Source of the DNA: Clostridia bacterium
GTDB lineage: Bacteria > Bacillota > Clostridia > UMGS1883 > UMGS1540
Assembly (NCBI GenBank): GCA_045533905.1
Contig: JAZSIR010000013.1
Location: 1 to 64,000 of the forward strand
DNA length: 64,000 nucleotides
Reading direction: 5' to 3'
Positions within the stretch are counted from its first letter, which is position 1, and every line of letters begins with the position of its first letter. The notes beneath the pieces were generated by a model. It had not been told where the DNA came from. It saw nothing but the letters and a program-made list of their open reading frames with translations, and searched no databases. Both the position numbers and the translations under genes were made by a program. Of this stretch, positions 1 through 8,215 are shown piece by piece.

Positions 1-300
1 CAGCCACCACCACAGCAGACGGCATACACACCGCCGATGCAAGCCTTGCAACAAGCGGAAAATCATTCGGCAAGTACAGCACACTTTTTCTGGATGATGC
101 TTGTATATGCACTTCCGCTGATCGGATGGATTATATGTATCATTATGGCGTTTGCCCCGAAGAATGAGAGCAAAAAGCATTTTGCAAGAGCGATACTCAT
201 TTGGGGTATTGTCGGAATTGTAATTTCGATTATAGGTTTAATTTTACTGTCGCTTCTCGGCGGCGGAATTGCCGAGATATTATCAGAAATTCAATATTAA
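1..300 (+). CDS. Membrane protein, 5'-truncated by the window edge (Pro/Gln-rich linker plus two TM helices)
   Basis: Frame is open from base 1 (QPPPQQTAYTPPM...) and leads into two hydrophobic helices. Confidence 0.7.
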   Translation, partial: QPPPQQTAYTPPMQALQQAENHSASTAHFFWMMLVYALPLIGWIICIIMAFAPKNESKKHFARAILIWGIVGIVISIIGLILLSLLGGGIAEILSEIQY

Positions 301-313
301 GGAGGAATCAATT

Positions 314-844
314 ATGACATATTGCGGTAAATGCGGAGCGCAGGTTCAGGATGGCGTAAAATTCTGTCAGGGATGCGGCGCAGCAGTAGAAACAAAAGTG
401 GAGAATAACGCACAGCAGGCACAGCCTGCATCACAGCCTCCACAAAACGATTTTTCACAAAAGATTCAGAACCTGAATAACACAGCGGACACAACAGCGG
501 AATTTGATGCACAGGACATAAATTCAAACAAAGCAATGGCAATACTTGCATACTTCGGACCGCTTGTGCTTATCCCGATTTTTGCGTCAAAGCAGTCGAA
601 GTTTGCAAGATACCACGCAAATCAGGGCTTGGTGCTGCTGATTGCGGCGATTGCATACGGAATTGTGTATAACATTTTAAGTGCAATCATCCTTGCAATT
701 TCGTGGAGATTGTATTTTATCACGACAATTATCGGTCTTGGAAGCATTGTGATTACAATTCTTGCAATCATCGGCATTATCAATGCGGCAACAGGCAAAG
801 CAAAAGAGCTTCCGCTGATCGGTAAGTTCAAGATTTTGAAGTAA
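314..844 (+). CDS. Zinc-ribbon plus DUF4870-like membrane protein
   Basis: GGAGG RBS; N-terminal CxxC...CxxC; NKAMAILAY...FARYHANQG and KELPLIG motifs; three TM helices. Confidence 0.8.
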   Translation: MTYCGKCGAQVQDGVKFCQGCGAAVETKVENNAQQAQPASQPPQNDFSQKIQNLNNTADTTAEFDAQDINSNKAMAILAYFGPLVLIPIFASKQSKFARYHANQGLVLLIAAIAYGIVYNILSAIILAISWRLYFITTIIGLGSIVITILAIIGIINAATGKAKELPLIGKFKILK

Positions 845-853
845 GGTATAAAA

Positions 854-894
854 CAAATGGAGGCACGCCCAAAAAATGGTGTGCCTCCGTTTGC
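854..894. terminator. Bidirectional terminator hairpin
   Basis: CAAATGGAGGCACGCC / GGTGTGCCTCCGTTTG between convergent genes. Confidence 0.7.
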
Positions 895-904
895 GTATTT
901 GAAT

Positions 905-1471
905 CTAAATTCCATTTGAGGTGCTGTTCAAAATTAACTTTCTCGCGAGTATAAACAAGCTGTTATCAACTGATGGAATATCTCTCGAAAGAGGATCTTT
1001 CATATATTCCACATCGGGATTAAAGTCAGGTTTGACAGATTGATAAATCCTTGTTCGAGCATTGAATTCTGCTTCTGCATAAGTGATTTTACCGGATTTA
1101 TAATCTTCAATTATGGGAGCGATTATCACTCTAACCTTTTCAAGATTATTCACATAGAAATCAGGTCTCAGATACATATCTCGGTATTGCCATATTGCAG
1201 CGTTGGCAATATCTACAAGTTCTCCGTAACTATAACCGCTAGTCTGTCCGTTCAGCCAAGCGTTGAAGAATATGCGGTTTGATTTTGCTCTTGCATCAGC
1301 ATATCCCAAGCCATTCTGCACCTCGGTTAAAATATCACCGATAAAACTTTCAACGATAACTATTGCTTCATTTGATGCATTACAGGGTGCCGCCTCTCTC
1401 GGCACCTCTGCAGCATTTACTGTAGATGTTATTAGCATAGTAATAATTAAATACATTATAATCTTTTTCAT
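905..1471 (-). CDS. Secreted hypothetical protein
   Basis: MKK plus hydrophobic signal peptide ending VNA; GGAGG RBS; 188 aa. Confidence 0.75.
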   Translation of the reverse strand: MKKIIMYLIITMLITSTVNAAEVPREAAPCNASNEAIVIVESFIGDILTEVQNGLGYADARAKSNRIFFNAWLNGQTSGYSYGELVDIANAAIWQYRDMYLRPDFYVNNLEKVRVIIAPIIEDYKSGKITYAEAEFNARTRIYQSVKPDFNPDVEYMKDPLSRDIPSVDNSLFILARKLILNSTSNGI

Positions 1472-1571
1472 CAGAAATTCCTCCGTTCTAAATTTGGGTT
1501 TTAGGGCATAGCACTAACAACGGGAAATTTGACAGCAAATTTCCGTGCTTGCTAAAACAATTTTAAATATC

Positions 1572-1853
1572 TTAGAATATCATACCTGCATCACTTTTGA
1601 AGCAGTCTGCCATAAGTTGAACTCCGAGAATAAAGCCTATTTTGAAATTCTCAACACCGCTTGTAGCACTAATCTCATCACTTGCATTTACAAGCTCGTT
1701 AAATAGTTTTAAGTTTTCTCCATTTAATTCTTTTGTTAGCTTGTTTTCAATGTCAGAAAAGGTTCGTACAGCTTTTTCATAAGGCAGCGGTTTTCTGTTC
1801 CGGCATTCATTGGGATTTATATTTCCATAATATAATTCTTCAATAAAGCTCAT
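1572..1853 (-). CDS. DUF6809-like small protein of mobile elements
   Basis: MSFIEELYYGNINP...FKIGFILG pattern; GGAGG RBS; 4-nt overlap with the tnpV stop. Confidence 0.7.
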   Translation of the reverse strand: MSFIEELYYGNINPNECRNRKPLPYEKAVRTFSDIENKLTKELNGENLKLFNELVNASDEISATSGVENFKIGFILGVQLMADCFKSDAGMIF

Positions 1854-2236
1854 TTTCGCACCTCCATCGAATAGACAAAATCTTTTAGCACAAATTCTTC
1901 TGCCGAGTGGCGAATGTTGTTCATAGCGCCAACCCAAGCCATTTGGTCTTTTGCTTTGAGTTCTTCCGTGATGCCTTGTTTGACTGCCATATCCTTTATA
2001 AGCCTATCAACCATTTCCTTTGCGGATGTGTCAATTTCTTCAAGATATGCAAGCCAAGTCCTGCCCAGCATTTTCATTGAGTAAAAACAAGATCTGTTCT
2101 CTTTGATAAATTTTGCGTGCATCCTGCCGTATTTACCGATGTTATACACCTTATCATCGGGAACAGTTAGGTTGGGAATGTAGTAATCGCCGTTTCTTAC
2201 GTACTCAATTCCGTTTTCAGTAAATCTTTCCTTCAT
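1850..2236 (-). CDS. tnpV: TnpV family protein
   Basis: GDYYIPNL, IGKYGRMH and GITEELKAKDQMAWVGAMNNIR are typical of TnpV; AGGAGG RBS. Confidence 0.85.
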   Translation of the reverse strand: MKERFTENGIEYVRNGDYYIPNLTVPDDKVYNIGKYGRMHAKFIKENRSCFYSMKMLGRTWLAYLEEIDTSAKEMVDRLIKDMAVKQGITEELKAKDQMAWVGAMNNIRHSAEEFVLKDFVYSMEVRK

Positions 2237-2391
2237 TTGAAGTACCTCCTTTAATTTGGTATCTTCATTTTATCAAAAGGAGTTTGATTTGACGAATGTA
2301 CGGATAAAAAAGCATAAGAAAAAGAGATAAAACCTTTTACAGTTCTATCTCTTACTTCTTGACCTTGCAATGCTCGTTATACTATTTTCGG

Positions 2392-2416
2392 TAACTGTCC
2401 TTAACAGTACACGGCA
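2392..2416. repeat. Terminal inverted-repeat copy (island end)
   Basis: 20/25 identical to 43021-43045; followed by the half-terminator TTTGGAGAACCTTTTTT (2417-2433). Confidence 0.7.
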
Positions 2417-2436
2417 TTTGGAGAACCTTTTTTGTT

Positions 2437-3057
2437 TTATCCTATACGTGTGATAACGCCCTTTTCGACCGTAACAGTTTTTCCGTCTGCCGTAAAGCTG
2501 CCGCTTGCACCGGGCGCAATGGATACTGTGCCGTTCGGCGCCCCGATGGAGATTTTACTGCCGAAAATCTCCATGCCGCCCGCATCGAGCATACGGATGC
2601 CGCCGATGCGCGTGCCGCCGTAATAGAGGCTTATCGTGTCCTCACGGCCGTCGTTTTCGAGCGCAATATAATCGCGGAAGACATTCGGGGCGATGCGGAT
2701 ATTTGCGCCTTCAATGTTGCCGGAGAAAACGGCGGAGCCTTCTTCCCCCAAAGAAACAGCCGCGTTTCCTTCTTCATCGTAAAGTGCAAACACAAAGGCG
2801 CCGCCTTCATCCCTTCCCAAAACGGCGCGAATCCTCTCTTTCGCATCGCGCATTACAATCTGCGCGCCGCGTATCGTGGTTGCGCCGTCGCCGCTTGCCA
2901 CCTTCGTAAGGCTTGTGTTGATTTCCTGCACATTTTTACTATCCAGATGCATCAGAAGCCAGGAAAGACTCTTCTGCATTTTCACAAGGGCCTCCGAAAG
3001 CGCCTCGGGGTTGTCGGCAAACCCGTCCAGATTTTGTTCCAGCATAATTTCTGCCAT
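2437..3057 (-). CDS. Phage tail/spike-like structural protein
   Basis: Gly-rich, beta-strand-like body; C-terminal GSFTADGKTVTVEKGVITRI resembles phage spike/tail ends; lies 9 nt downstream of terL. Confidence 0.6.
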   Translation of the reverse strand: MAEIMLEQNLDGFADNPEALSEALVKMQKSLSWLLMHLDSKNVQEINTSLTKVASGDGATTIRGAQIVMRDAKERIRAVLGRDEGGAFVFALYDEEGNAAVSLGEEGSAVFSGNIEGANIRIAPNVFRDYIALENDGREDTISLYYGGTRIGGIRMLDAGGMEIFGSKISIGAPNGTVSIAPGASGSFTADGKTVTVEKGVITRIG

Positions 3058-3066
3058 ACAGATTCC

Positions 3067-4392
3067 TCACTTTCTTTTTTGGATATTGTTTTCGTTCTTC
3101 TCTTTGGCATCCTCAATTTCCCCGGGCGTAAAGCGCCCGGTGCGCACCCGCGGTACGCTCGCGAGCGGCGGGCGGGACATTACGGCATAGCGCACAGACT
3201 CAGGTGCGTGGGTGATTTCGTGCGGCACATCCGCGGCATCCTCGGGTGCGCGCGGGTCGTATAAAAGCGCAGGGAGCGTGCGGATGACATTTACACAGTT
3301 TTCAAAGAAACGGATTTTCTGCCCGCGCAGATACTCGCGCAAAACGCGCCAGCCGGGAACACGGCGGTTGTCGGCGCGCACAAGGCCGCAAAGGCCTTCC
3401 GCAGCCATAATTTCCACGCCGCTTCGCCCTGTGTCCTGCCGCCTGTTCCAAAGGTCGGGTGAGGCGACGGTGTAGGTGATTTTCTCCTCCGGCGGCGAGA
3501 GTGCGAGGATTTCGCGCGCCGCCTCCGAAAGCGTAAGCCCGCTTTTGTATAGCTCGCGGTAGGCCGTAAGATTTCCTTCCGCATCCACGGCCCACCATAG
3601 GCACACCGTCATATCAAGGCCGTAGTCAAGGCTCCGGAAACGGCGGTGGTGCGGCGGAATTTCTTCGGGTGTGCATACGTGCTGCGCTCTTGAAAATTCG
3701 CCGAAAAACTGCCCTTCAAAAATATCCCACTCGCCGTATAAAAGCGCCTTTTTCTCGTTTTCCGGGAGTAATTCGAGCCGCGCGAGATAATCGGCGTCCT
3801 TTTCCATCAGGAAGCAGTTTTCCTCCACTCGCGCAGGGATAAAAAGGCGTGTACGCTCCTCGCCGAAGACCGTAAGCGGCGGCGCGGGAGAGATGAAGCG
3901 GGCCTTCACCCATGTGTGCCCGCGGCTGCCCGGGTTTGTGGTGCTTTTCATCTGCTTCGGGTAGCCGCTGGTGCCGCGGAGACGGCTCAGCATATATAAA
4001 TACTGATATTCGGTAAAATGTGTCAGCTCGTCAAAGCGGATTACGTCGTATTCCGCCGACTGGTACATCGTAACATCTGCATCCGAGGATAAAAAGCCGA
4101 ATTCCAGCACCGAGCCGTTTGTAAACTCCATTTTGTGCTTCGTACTGTGGTACTTGCAAAGCGAAACGGGGATAAGCTCGAGCGCCGTCAGAATGATGGA
4201 ACGCTCCAGCGCCGGAAACGAGGAGCGCAGAAGAAGCTGGCGGCTTCTGGGATAGCGCAGGGCGTATAAAAAGGCATCCACCACCTGCCCGTAGGATTTG
4301 CCGCCTCCTGCCGCGCCGCCGTAGAGCACCTCATCGGCCGAGGCCGAGAGAAACAGCGCCTGCTTCTTCGTAACGGAGAGCGAAAGCTCCAT
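3067..4392 (-). CDS. terL: Phage terminase large subunit
   Basis: Walker A LYGGAAGGGKS, Walker B IRFDEL, coupling motif STTNPG, nuclease SLDYG and C-terminal HAPESVRY. Confidence 0.92.
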   Translation of the reverse strand: MELSLSVTKKQALFLSASADEVLYGGAAGGGKSYGQVVDAFLYALRYPRSRQLLLRSSFPALERSIILTALELIPVSLCKYHSTKHKMEFTNGSVLEFGFLSSDADVTMYQSAEYDVIRFDELTHFTEYQYLYMLSRLRGTSGYPKQMKSTTNPGSRGHTWVKARFISPAPPLTVFGEERTRLFIPARVEENCFLMEKDADYLARLELLPENEKKALLYGEWDIFEGQFFGEFSRAQHVCTPEEIPPHHRRFRSLDYGLDMTVCLWWAVDAEGNLTAYRELYKSGLTLSEAAREILALSPPEEKITYTVASPDLWNRRQDTGRSGVEIMAAEGLCGLVRADNRRVPGWRVLREYLRGQKIRFFENCVNVIRTLPALLYDPRAPEDAADVPHEITHAPESVRYAVMSRPPLASVPRVRTGRFTPGEIEDAKEKNENNIQKRK

Positions 4393-4393
4393 T

Positions 4394-4573
4394 TCATTCC
4401 ACCACCCGGATTTTCACCTCGACGTCCTGCCCCGAGGGTGAGGCATCCTCGCCGAGAAGGCGAAGAAGACATTCCGAAACCTTGAGCCTGTCTTTGATTT
4501 CCGCTGTCTCATCGCGGAGCACGGTGGTCAGAAAGGCCTGCACTTCTTTTTTGTCAGCCACTTTTTTTCGCAT
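4394..4573 (-). CDS. Truncated small terminase-like protein, 59 aa (not in the ORF track)
   Basis: Hand translation MRKKVADKKEVQAFLTTVLRDETAEIKDRLKVSECLLRLLGEDASPSGQDVEVKIRVVE; AAGGAGGTG RBS; stop 1 nt before the terL ATG; resembles the TerS oligomerisation helices (EV..FLT.V.R...KDRLK). Confidence 0.75.
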   Translation of the reverse strand: MRKKVADKKEVQAFLTTVLRDETAEIKDRLKVSECLLRLLGEDASPSGQDVEVKIRVVE

Positions 4574-4774
4574 GGTGTTTCACCTCCTTCCTTGGAGGTA
4601 GCATACCATAAAAAAAGGCGGGGAGGAAGGGCAGGAAAAAGGCATCGGAAAGCGGCACGGAGAAAAAAGGACTTTTTTCGAAAAAATTCACGGATTTTGC
4701 GAAAATAGGTCTTGATTTATTGCCTGAAAAATGGTAAAATATTTGTAAATTCACTTGGAAGGATGGTTACGACT

Positions 4775-5467
4775 ATGAAATTTTCCCACGAGGTGCAACA
4801 GATGCAGTGCGTGGCAAAGGGCGTTTGTCACGGACCTGCACCCATTCCGGAAGAAGGAAAATGGGTTAAGGTAAAGGAAATCAGCGACATTTCCGGTCTT
4901 ACACACGGTATTGGCTGGTGCGCGCCCCAGCAGGGTATGTGCAAGCTGACGCTGAATGTAAAGAAGGGCATCATTGAAGAAGCTCTTATTGAAACATGTG
5001 GCTGCTCCGGTATGACACATTCGGCAGCTATGGCTTCTGAAATTCTCACCGGCAAAACGCTTCTCGAAGCGCTCAACAGTGACCTTGTTTGTGACGCTAT
5101 CAACACCGCTATGCGCGAACTGTTCTTACAGATCGTATACGGCAGAACACAGACGGCTTTCTCGGAAGACGGTCTCCCGATCGGTGCCGGCCTTGAAGAC
5201 CTTGGTAAGGGCCTTCGCAGCCAGATCGGTACAGTTTTCTCCACAAAGGAAAAAGGCCCCCGCTACCTTGAACTCGCGGAAGGCTATATCACCAACATTG
5301 CTCTTGACAAGGAAGATCACATCATTGGCTACAAGTTCGTACACCTTGGCAAAATGATGGATATGATTGCAAAGGGTATGGACGCGAACGAAGCCCTCGC
5401 AAAGGCTTCCGGTCAGTACGGCAGATTTGATGATGCTGCAAAGGTCATCAATCCGCGCGAGCAGTAG
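4775..5467 (+). CDS. NifU/IscU-like Fe-S scaffold protein
   Basis: GWCAPQQG, GCSGMTHS and DLVCDAIN motifs; usual partner of the GGGtGRT protein. Confidence 0.85.
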   Translation: MKFSHEVQQMQCVAKGVCHGPAPIPEEGKWVKVKEISDISGLTHGIGWCAPQQGMCKLTLNVKKGIIEEALIETCGCSGMTHSAAMASEILTGKTLLEALNSDLVCDAINTAMRELFLQIVYGRTQTAFSEDGLPIGAGLEDLGKGLRSQIGTVFSTKEKGPRYLELAEGYITNIALDKEDHIIGYKFVHLGKMMDMIAKGMDANEALAKASGQYGRFDDAAKVINPREQ

Positions 5468-5482
5468 AAAGGAGAAACAGAC

Positions 5483-6478
5483 ATGCCTTTATTTGAAAGC
5501 TATGAAAGAAGAATCGACCAGATCAATGCGGCACTGAACAAGTACGGCATTGCCTCCATCGAGGAAGCTAAGAAAATTTGTGATGACAAGGGTCTGGACG
5601 TATATAACATCGTAAAGCAGATTCAGCCGATTTGCTTTGAAAACGCTTGCTGGGCATACATCGTAGGTGCAGCAATCGCTATTAAGAAAGGCTACAAGAA
5701 CGCAAGCGAAGCTGCCGAAATCCTCGGCGAAGGCCTCCAGTCCTTCTGCATCCCCGGCTCCGTTGCCGATGACAGAAAAGTAGGTCTTGGTCATGGTAAC
5801 CTCGGCGCTATGCTTCTTCGCGACGAAACAAAGTGCTTCGCATTCCTCGCAGGTCACGAATCCTTCGCCGCTGCAGAAGGTGCAATCGGTATTGCAAAGT
5901 CTGCAAACAAGGTAAGAAAGGAACCCCTGCAGGTTATCCTCAATGGTCTCGGTAAAGATGCCGCACAGATCATTTCCAGAATCAACGGCTTCACCTATGT
6001 AGAAACAGAATTTGATTACTACACAGGCGAACTCAAGATCGTATACGAAAAGGCATACTCCGAAGGCGAACGTGCAAAGGTACGTTGCTTCGGTGCCGAC
6101 GATGTACGTGAAGGCGTTGCCATCATGCACCACGAAAAGGTTGACGTTTCCATCACCGGTAACTCCACCAACCCCACACGCTTCCAGCACCCGGTTGCAG
6201 GTACATACAAGAAGGAATGTATCGAACAGGGCAAGAAGTACTTCTCGGTAGCTTCCGGCGGCGGCACAGGCAGAACGCTTCACCCGGATAATATGGCAGC
6301 AGGTCCGGCTTCCTACGGTATGACCGATACCATGGGCCGCATGCATTCCGACGCCCAGTTCGCAGGTTCTTCCTCCGTTCCGGCTCACGTTGAAATGATG
6401 GGTCTCATCGGCGCAGGTAACAATCCGATGGTTGGTATGACCGTTGCAGTTGCAGTTGCTCTTTCCGAACTTCTGTAA
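5483..6478 (+). CDS. GGGtGRT family protein
   Basis: Literal SGGGTGRTLHPDN signature. Confidence 0.92.
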   Translation: MPLFESYERRIDQINAALNKYGIASIEEAKKICDDKGLDVYNIVKQIQPICFENACWAYIVGAAIAIKKGYKNASEAAEILGEGLQSFCIPGSVADDRKVGLGHGNLGAMLLRDETKCFAFLAGHESFAAAEGAIGIAKSANKVRKEPLQVILNGLGKDAAQIISRINGFTYVETEFDYYTGELKIVYEKAYSEGERAKVRCFGADDVREGVAIMHHEKVDVSITGNSTNPTRFQHPVAGTYKKECIEQGKKYFSVASGGGTGRTLHPDNMAAGPASYGMTDTMGRMHSDAQFAGSSSVPAHVEMMGLIGAGNNPMVGMTVAVAVALSELL

Positions 6479-6495
6479 TCTCTTGATTTGAAGAT

Positions 6496-6530
6496 AAAAA
6501 CAGGCACATCGTTATGATGTGCCTGTTTTT
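6496..6530 (+). terminator. Rho-independent terminator
   Basis: AAAAACAGGCACATC / GATGTGCCTGTTTTT. Confidence 0.85.
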
Positions 6531-6540
6531 GCAGAAAATC

Positions 6541-6711
6541 ATAAACGGAAAAATATCCAGACCGCAAATAACAAAGGAAAATATTTCTGCTGCCTTTTTA
6601 CGGCCTTATCCGTCTTTGAAGTCTGACAAACGAAATGTTTCAGAACTTGCCAGAGTGTGCGATATGAGCCGTACAACCGTCTATAAATACGTTTCTCTTT
6701 TGGAAAAATAG
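6541..6711 (+). pseudogene. 3' remnant of a serine recombinase/resolvase (C-terminal HTH)
   Basis: GKISRPQIT...NVSELARVCDMSRTTVYKY; no RBS/start and no catalytic domain. Confidence 0.65.
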
Positions 6712-6720
6712 ATAATATTT

Positions 6721-6778
6721 AAGTCAGACATTTAACACCAATATTATAAATGGTTTCTGTTAATTGTCTGACTTTTTT
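6721..6778. terminator. Inverted repeat between convergent genes
   Basis: AAGTCAGACA...TGTCTGACTT followed by a T-run. Confidence 0.45.
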
Positions 6779-6802
6779 ATGTATTAAAATCTTATATCAA
6801 AT

Positions 6803-7219
6803 TTATGGAACTTTTACATATTCAGTATCGTTCTCTACATCACCGGAAAACGCATCACTTTTTTGAATTTCATTCAATATATCAGCAGAATCGTTTAATT
6901 CAAAGGCGGCATTATACTCGAAGCCAGCCACACTCATAGTCACAACCATTATTTCATCTTTTACTTCCCAGTTTATTGGCATTGAAGCAGCATCAAACTC
7001 ACCGTCATCAACTAAAAATCCCCATTTCCCAATGCCGCCTTTTGTTATCATAAGACGAAGTTGTTCTGTTTCCCAAGTGCCTATATAAGCATCTTTAGTA
7101 CTTTTATCAAGTGTATTTGTATTGCTCGGAGTTGATTCTGTTTGCTTGTTATCTCCGCCGCAAGCACAAAGGCTTAAAATCATCGAAACAACTAATAACA
7201 AAGAAAATAATTTTTTCAT
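6803..7219 (-). CDS. Hypothetical lipoprotein
   Basis: MKK plus hydrophobic stretch and LCAC lipobox; AT-rich. Confidence 0.8.
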   Translation of the reverse strand: MKKLFSLLLVVSMILSLCACGGDNKQTESTPSNTNTLDKSTKDAYIGTWETEQLRLMITKGGIGKWGFLVDDGEFDAASMPINWEVKDEIMVVTMSVAGFEYNAAFELNDSADILNEIQKSDAFSGDVENDTEYVKVP

Positions 7220-7387
7220 TTTAAAATTCCTTTCTGTATGTATTTGATTTTTATATATAATTTGGAATTTTACTCCTTTCTAAATTCTCACGCAATAAAA
7301 AATGCGTGGTAACAGAAGTCTGCCCCGCACTGGAAAAGAAGGGTAGAGTTCGCTTGTTTTCCTCGATGGGGAACTATTCTTCCTGTA

Positions 7388-7416
7388 ATTATATACCTTC
7401 TCTTCCTTTATGTCAA
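7388..7416 (-). promoter_or_regulatory. SigA promoter of the lipoprotein gene
   Basis: TTGACA-N17-TATAAT on the minus strand. Confidence 0.75.
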
Positions 7417-7465
7417 TAAAAACAGGAGATATAATTCATATTATAAAGGAAAAGGGGGAGTAAAA

Positions 7466-7795
7466 GTGCTTGTTTTTGATTTTTCTACTATTGGCGATAA
7501 CTTGTTTGCCGTTCGAAAGAGAATGGGGCTCACACAAGCAGAAGTTGCAGAGGCGGCAGAATTATCTACAAGAACATACGCAGATATAGAACGCGGGAGT
7601 GTGAATATGCGTATTGAAACCATCCTGAAAATTTGCAATGTTTTTCATATTACGCCTGACGAGATTTTAACAAAAGAGGCGTCTTCAGTATCTGCTAAAC
7701 AACAAGAAGTATGGGAACGGTTAAATGCCTGTTCCCCGAAAGATAAAGAAACGGCGCTCAAAATACTTTCTGTTTATTTGGAATCCTTAAAATGA
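7466..7795 (+). CDS. XRE-family HTH transcriptional regulator
   Basis: RKRMGLTQAEVAEAAELSTRTYADIERG; GTG start with GGGGAG RBS. Confidence 0.88.
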   Translation: MLVFDFSTIGDNLFAVRKRMGLTQAEVAEAAELSTRTYADIERGSVNMRIETILKICNVFHITPDEILTKEASSVSAKQQEVWERLNACSPKDKETALKILSVYLESLK

Positions 7796-7796
7796 T

Positions 7797-7828
7797 AAAA
7801 AGGATGCACATTCGTGTGCATCCTTTTT
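7797..7828 (+). terminator. Rho-independent terminator
   Basis: AAAAAGGATGCACA / TGTGCATCCTTTTT. Confidence 0.85.
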
Positions 7829-7874
7829 GTTTCCTCCGGACTCGATAAAAGGTGGTAGCGATAGCGAGACGAGT

Positions 7875-8161
7875 GAAAGGGATTCGCTTTTCTGCGGAAA
7901 AGCCAGCCGCGGCGCTGACAGTCCACCGGACTGTCATTCACTACCGCGCCTTCGAATCCCTTCAATACTTTTTTGAGGAGCGGGATACTCTGCGCCGGCG
8001 ATTTTTCGACCGCAAGGCGGTGCCCGAAAAATCCTGCCGTGCTCGAGACTCCGCAGTCCGCAAAGCAAGCTCGAAAGGGATTCGCTTTTCTGCGGAAAAG
8101 CCAGCCGCGGCTCTGACAGTCCACCGGACTGTCATTCACTACCGCGCCTTCGAATCCCTTC
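7875..8161. repeat. Two 89-bp direct repeats (7875-7963, 8073-8161) with internal palindromes
   Basis: GAAAGGGATTCG...TGACAGTCCACCGGACTGTCA...TTCGAATCCCTTC; one mismatch between the copies. Confidence 0.9.
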
Positions 8162-8172
8162 TAATAACTTTG

Positions 8173-8215
8173 CCAAAACAAAAGAGCCCAACATTGTTGG
8201 GCTCTTTTGTTTTGG
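8173..8215 (-). terminator. tRNA-Ser terminator overlapping the CCA end
   Basis: CCAAAACAAAAGAGCCCAACA / TGTTGGGCTCTTTTGTTTTGG. Confidence 0.85.

Larger units (their letters stand above)
1..2416. mobile_element. Right-hand part of an AT-rich tnpV-carrying island ending in a 25-bp terminal repeat
   Basis: tnpV present; abrupt AT-to-GC shift near 2430; end motif TAACTGTCCTTAACAGTACACGGCA (2392-2416) matches the ends of the 39692-43045 cassette. Confidence 0.6.

Noticed and set aside
1523-1544. Palindrome GGAAATTTG-ACAG-CAAATTTCC
   Set aside because: A single hairpin with no T-tract or partner; it cannot be assigned as a terminator, operator or IS end.
2437-4573. Intact prophage
   Set aside because: No integrase, portal, capsid, replication or lysis genes in the window; reported instead as an orphan module.
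7875-8161. Possible CRISPR array
   Set aside because: Only two units, 89 bp each with a 109-bp gap, and no cas genes; the dimensions do not fit a CRISPR array.
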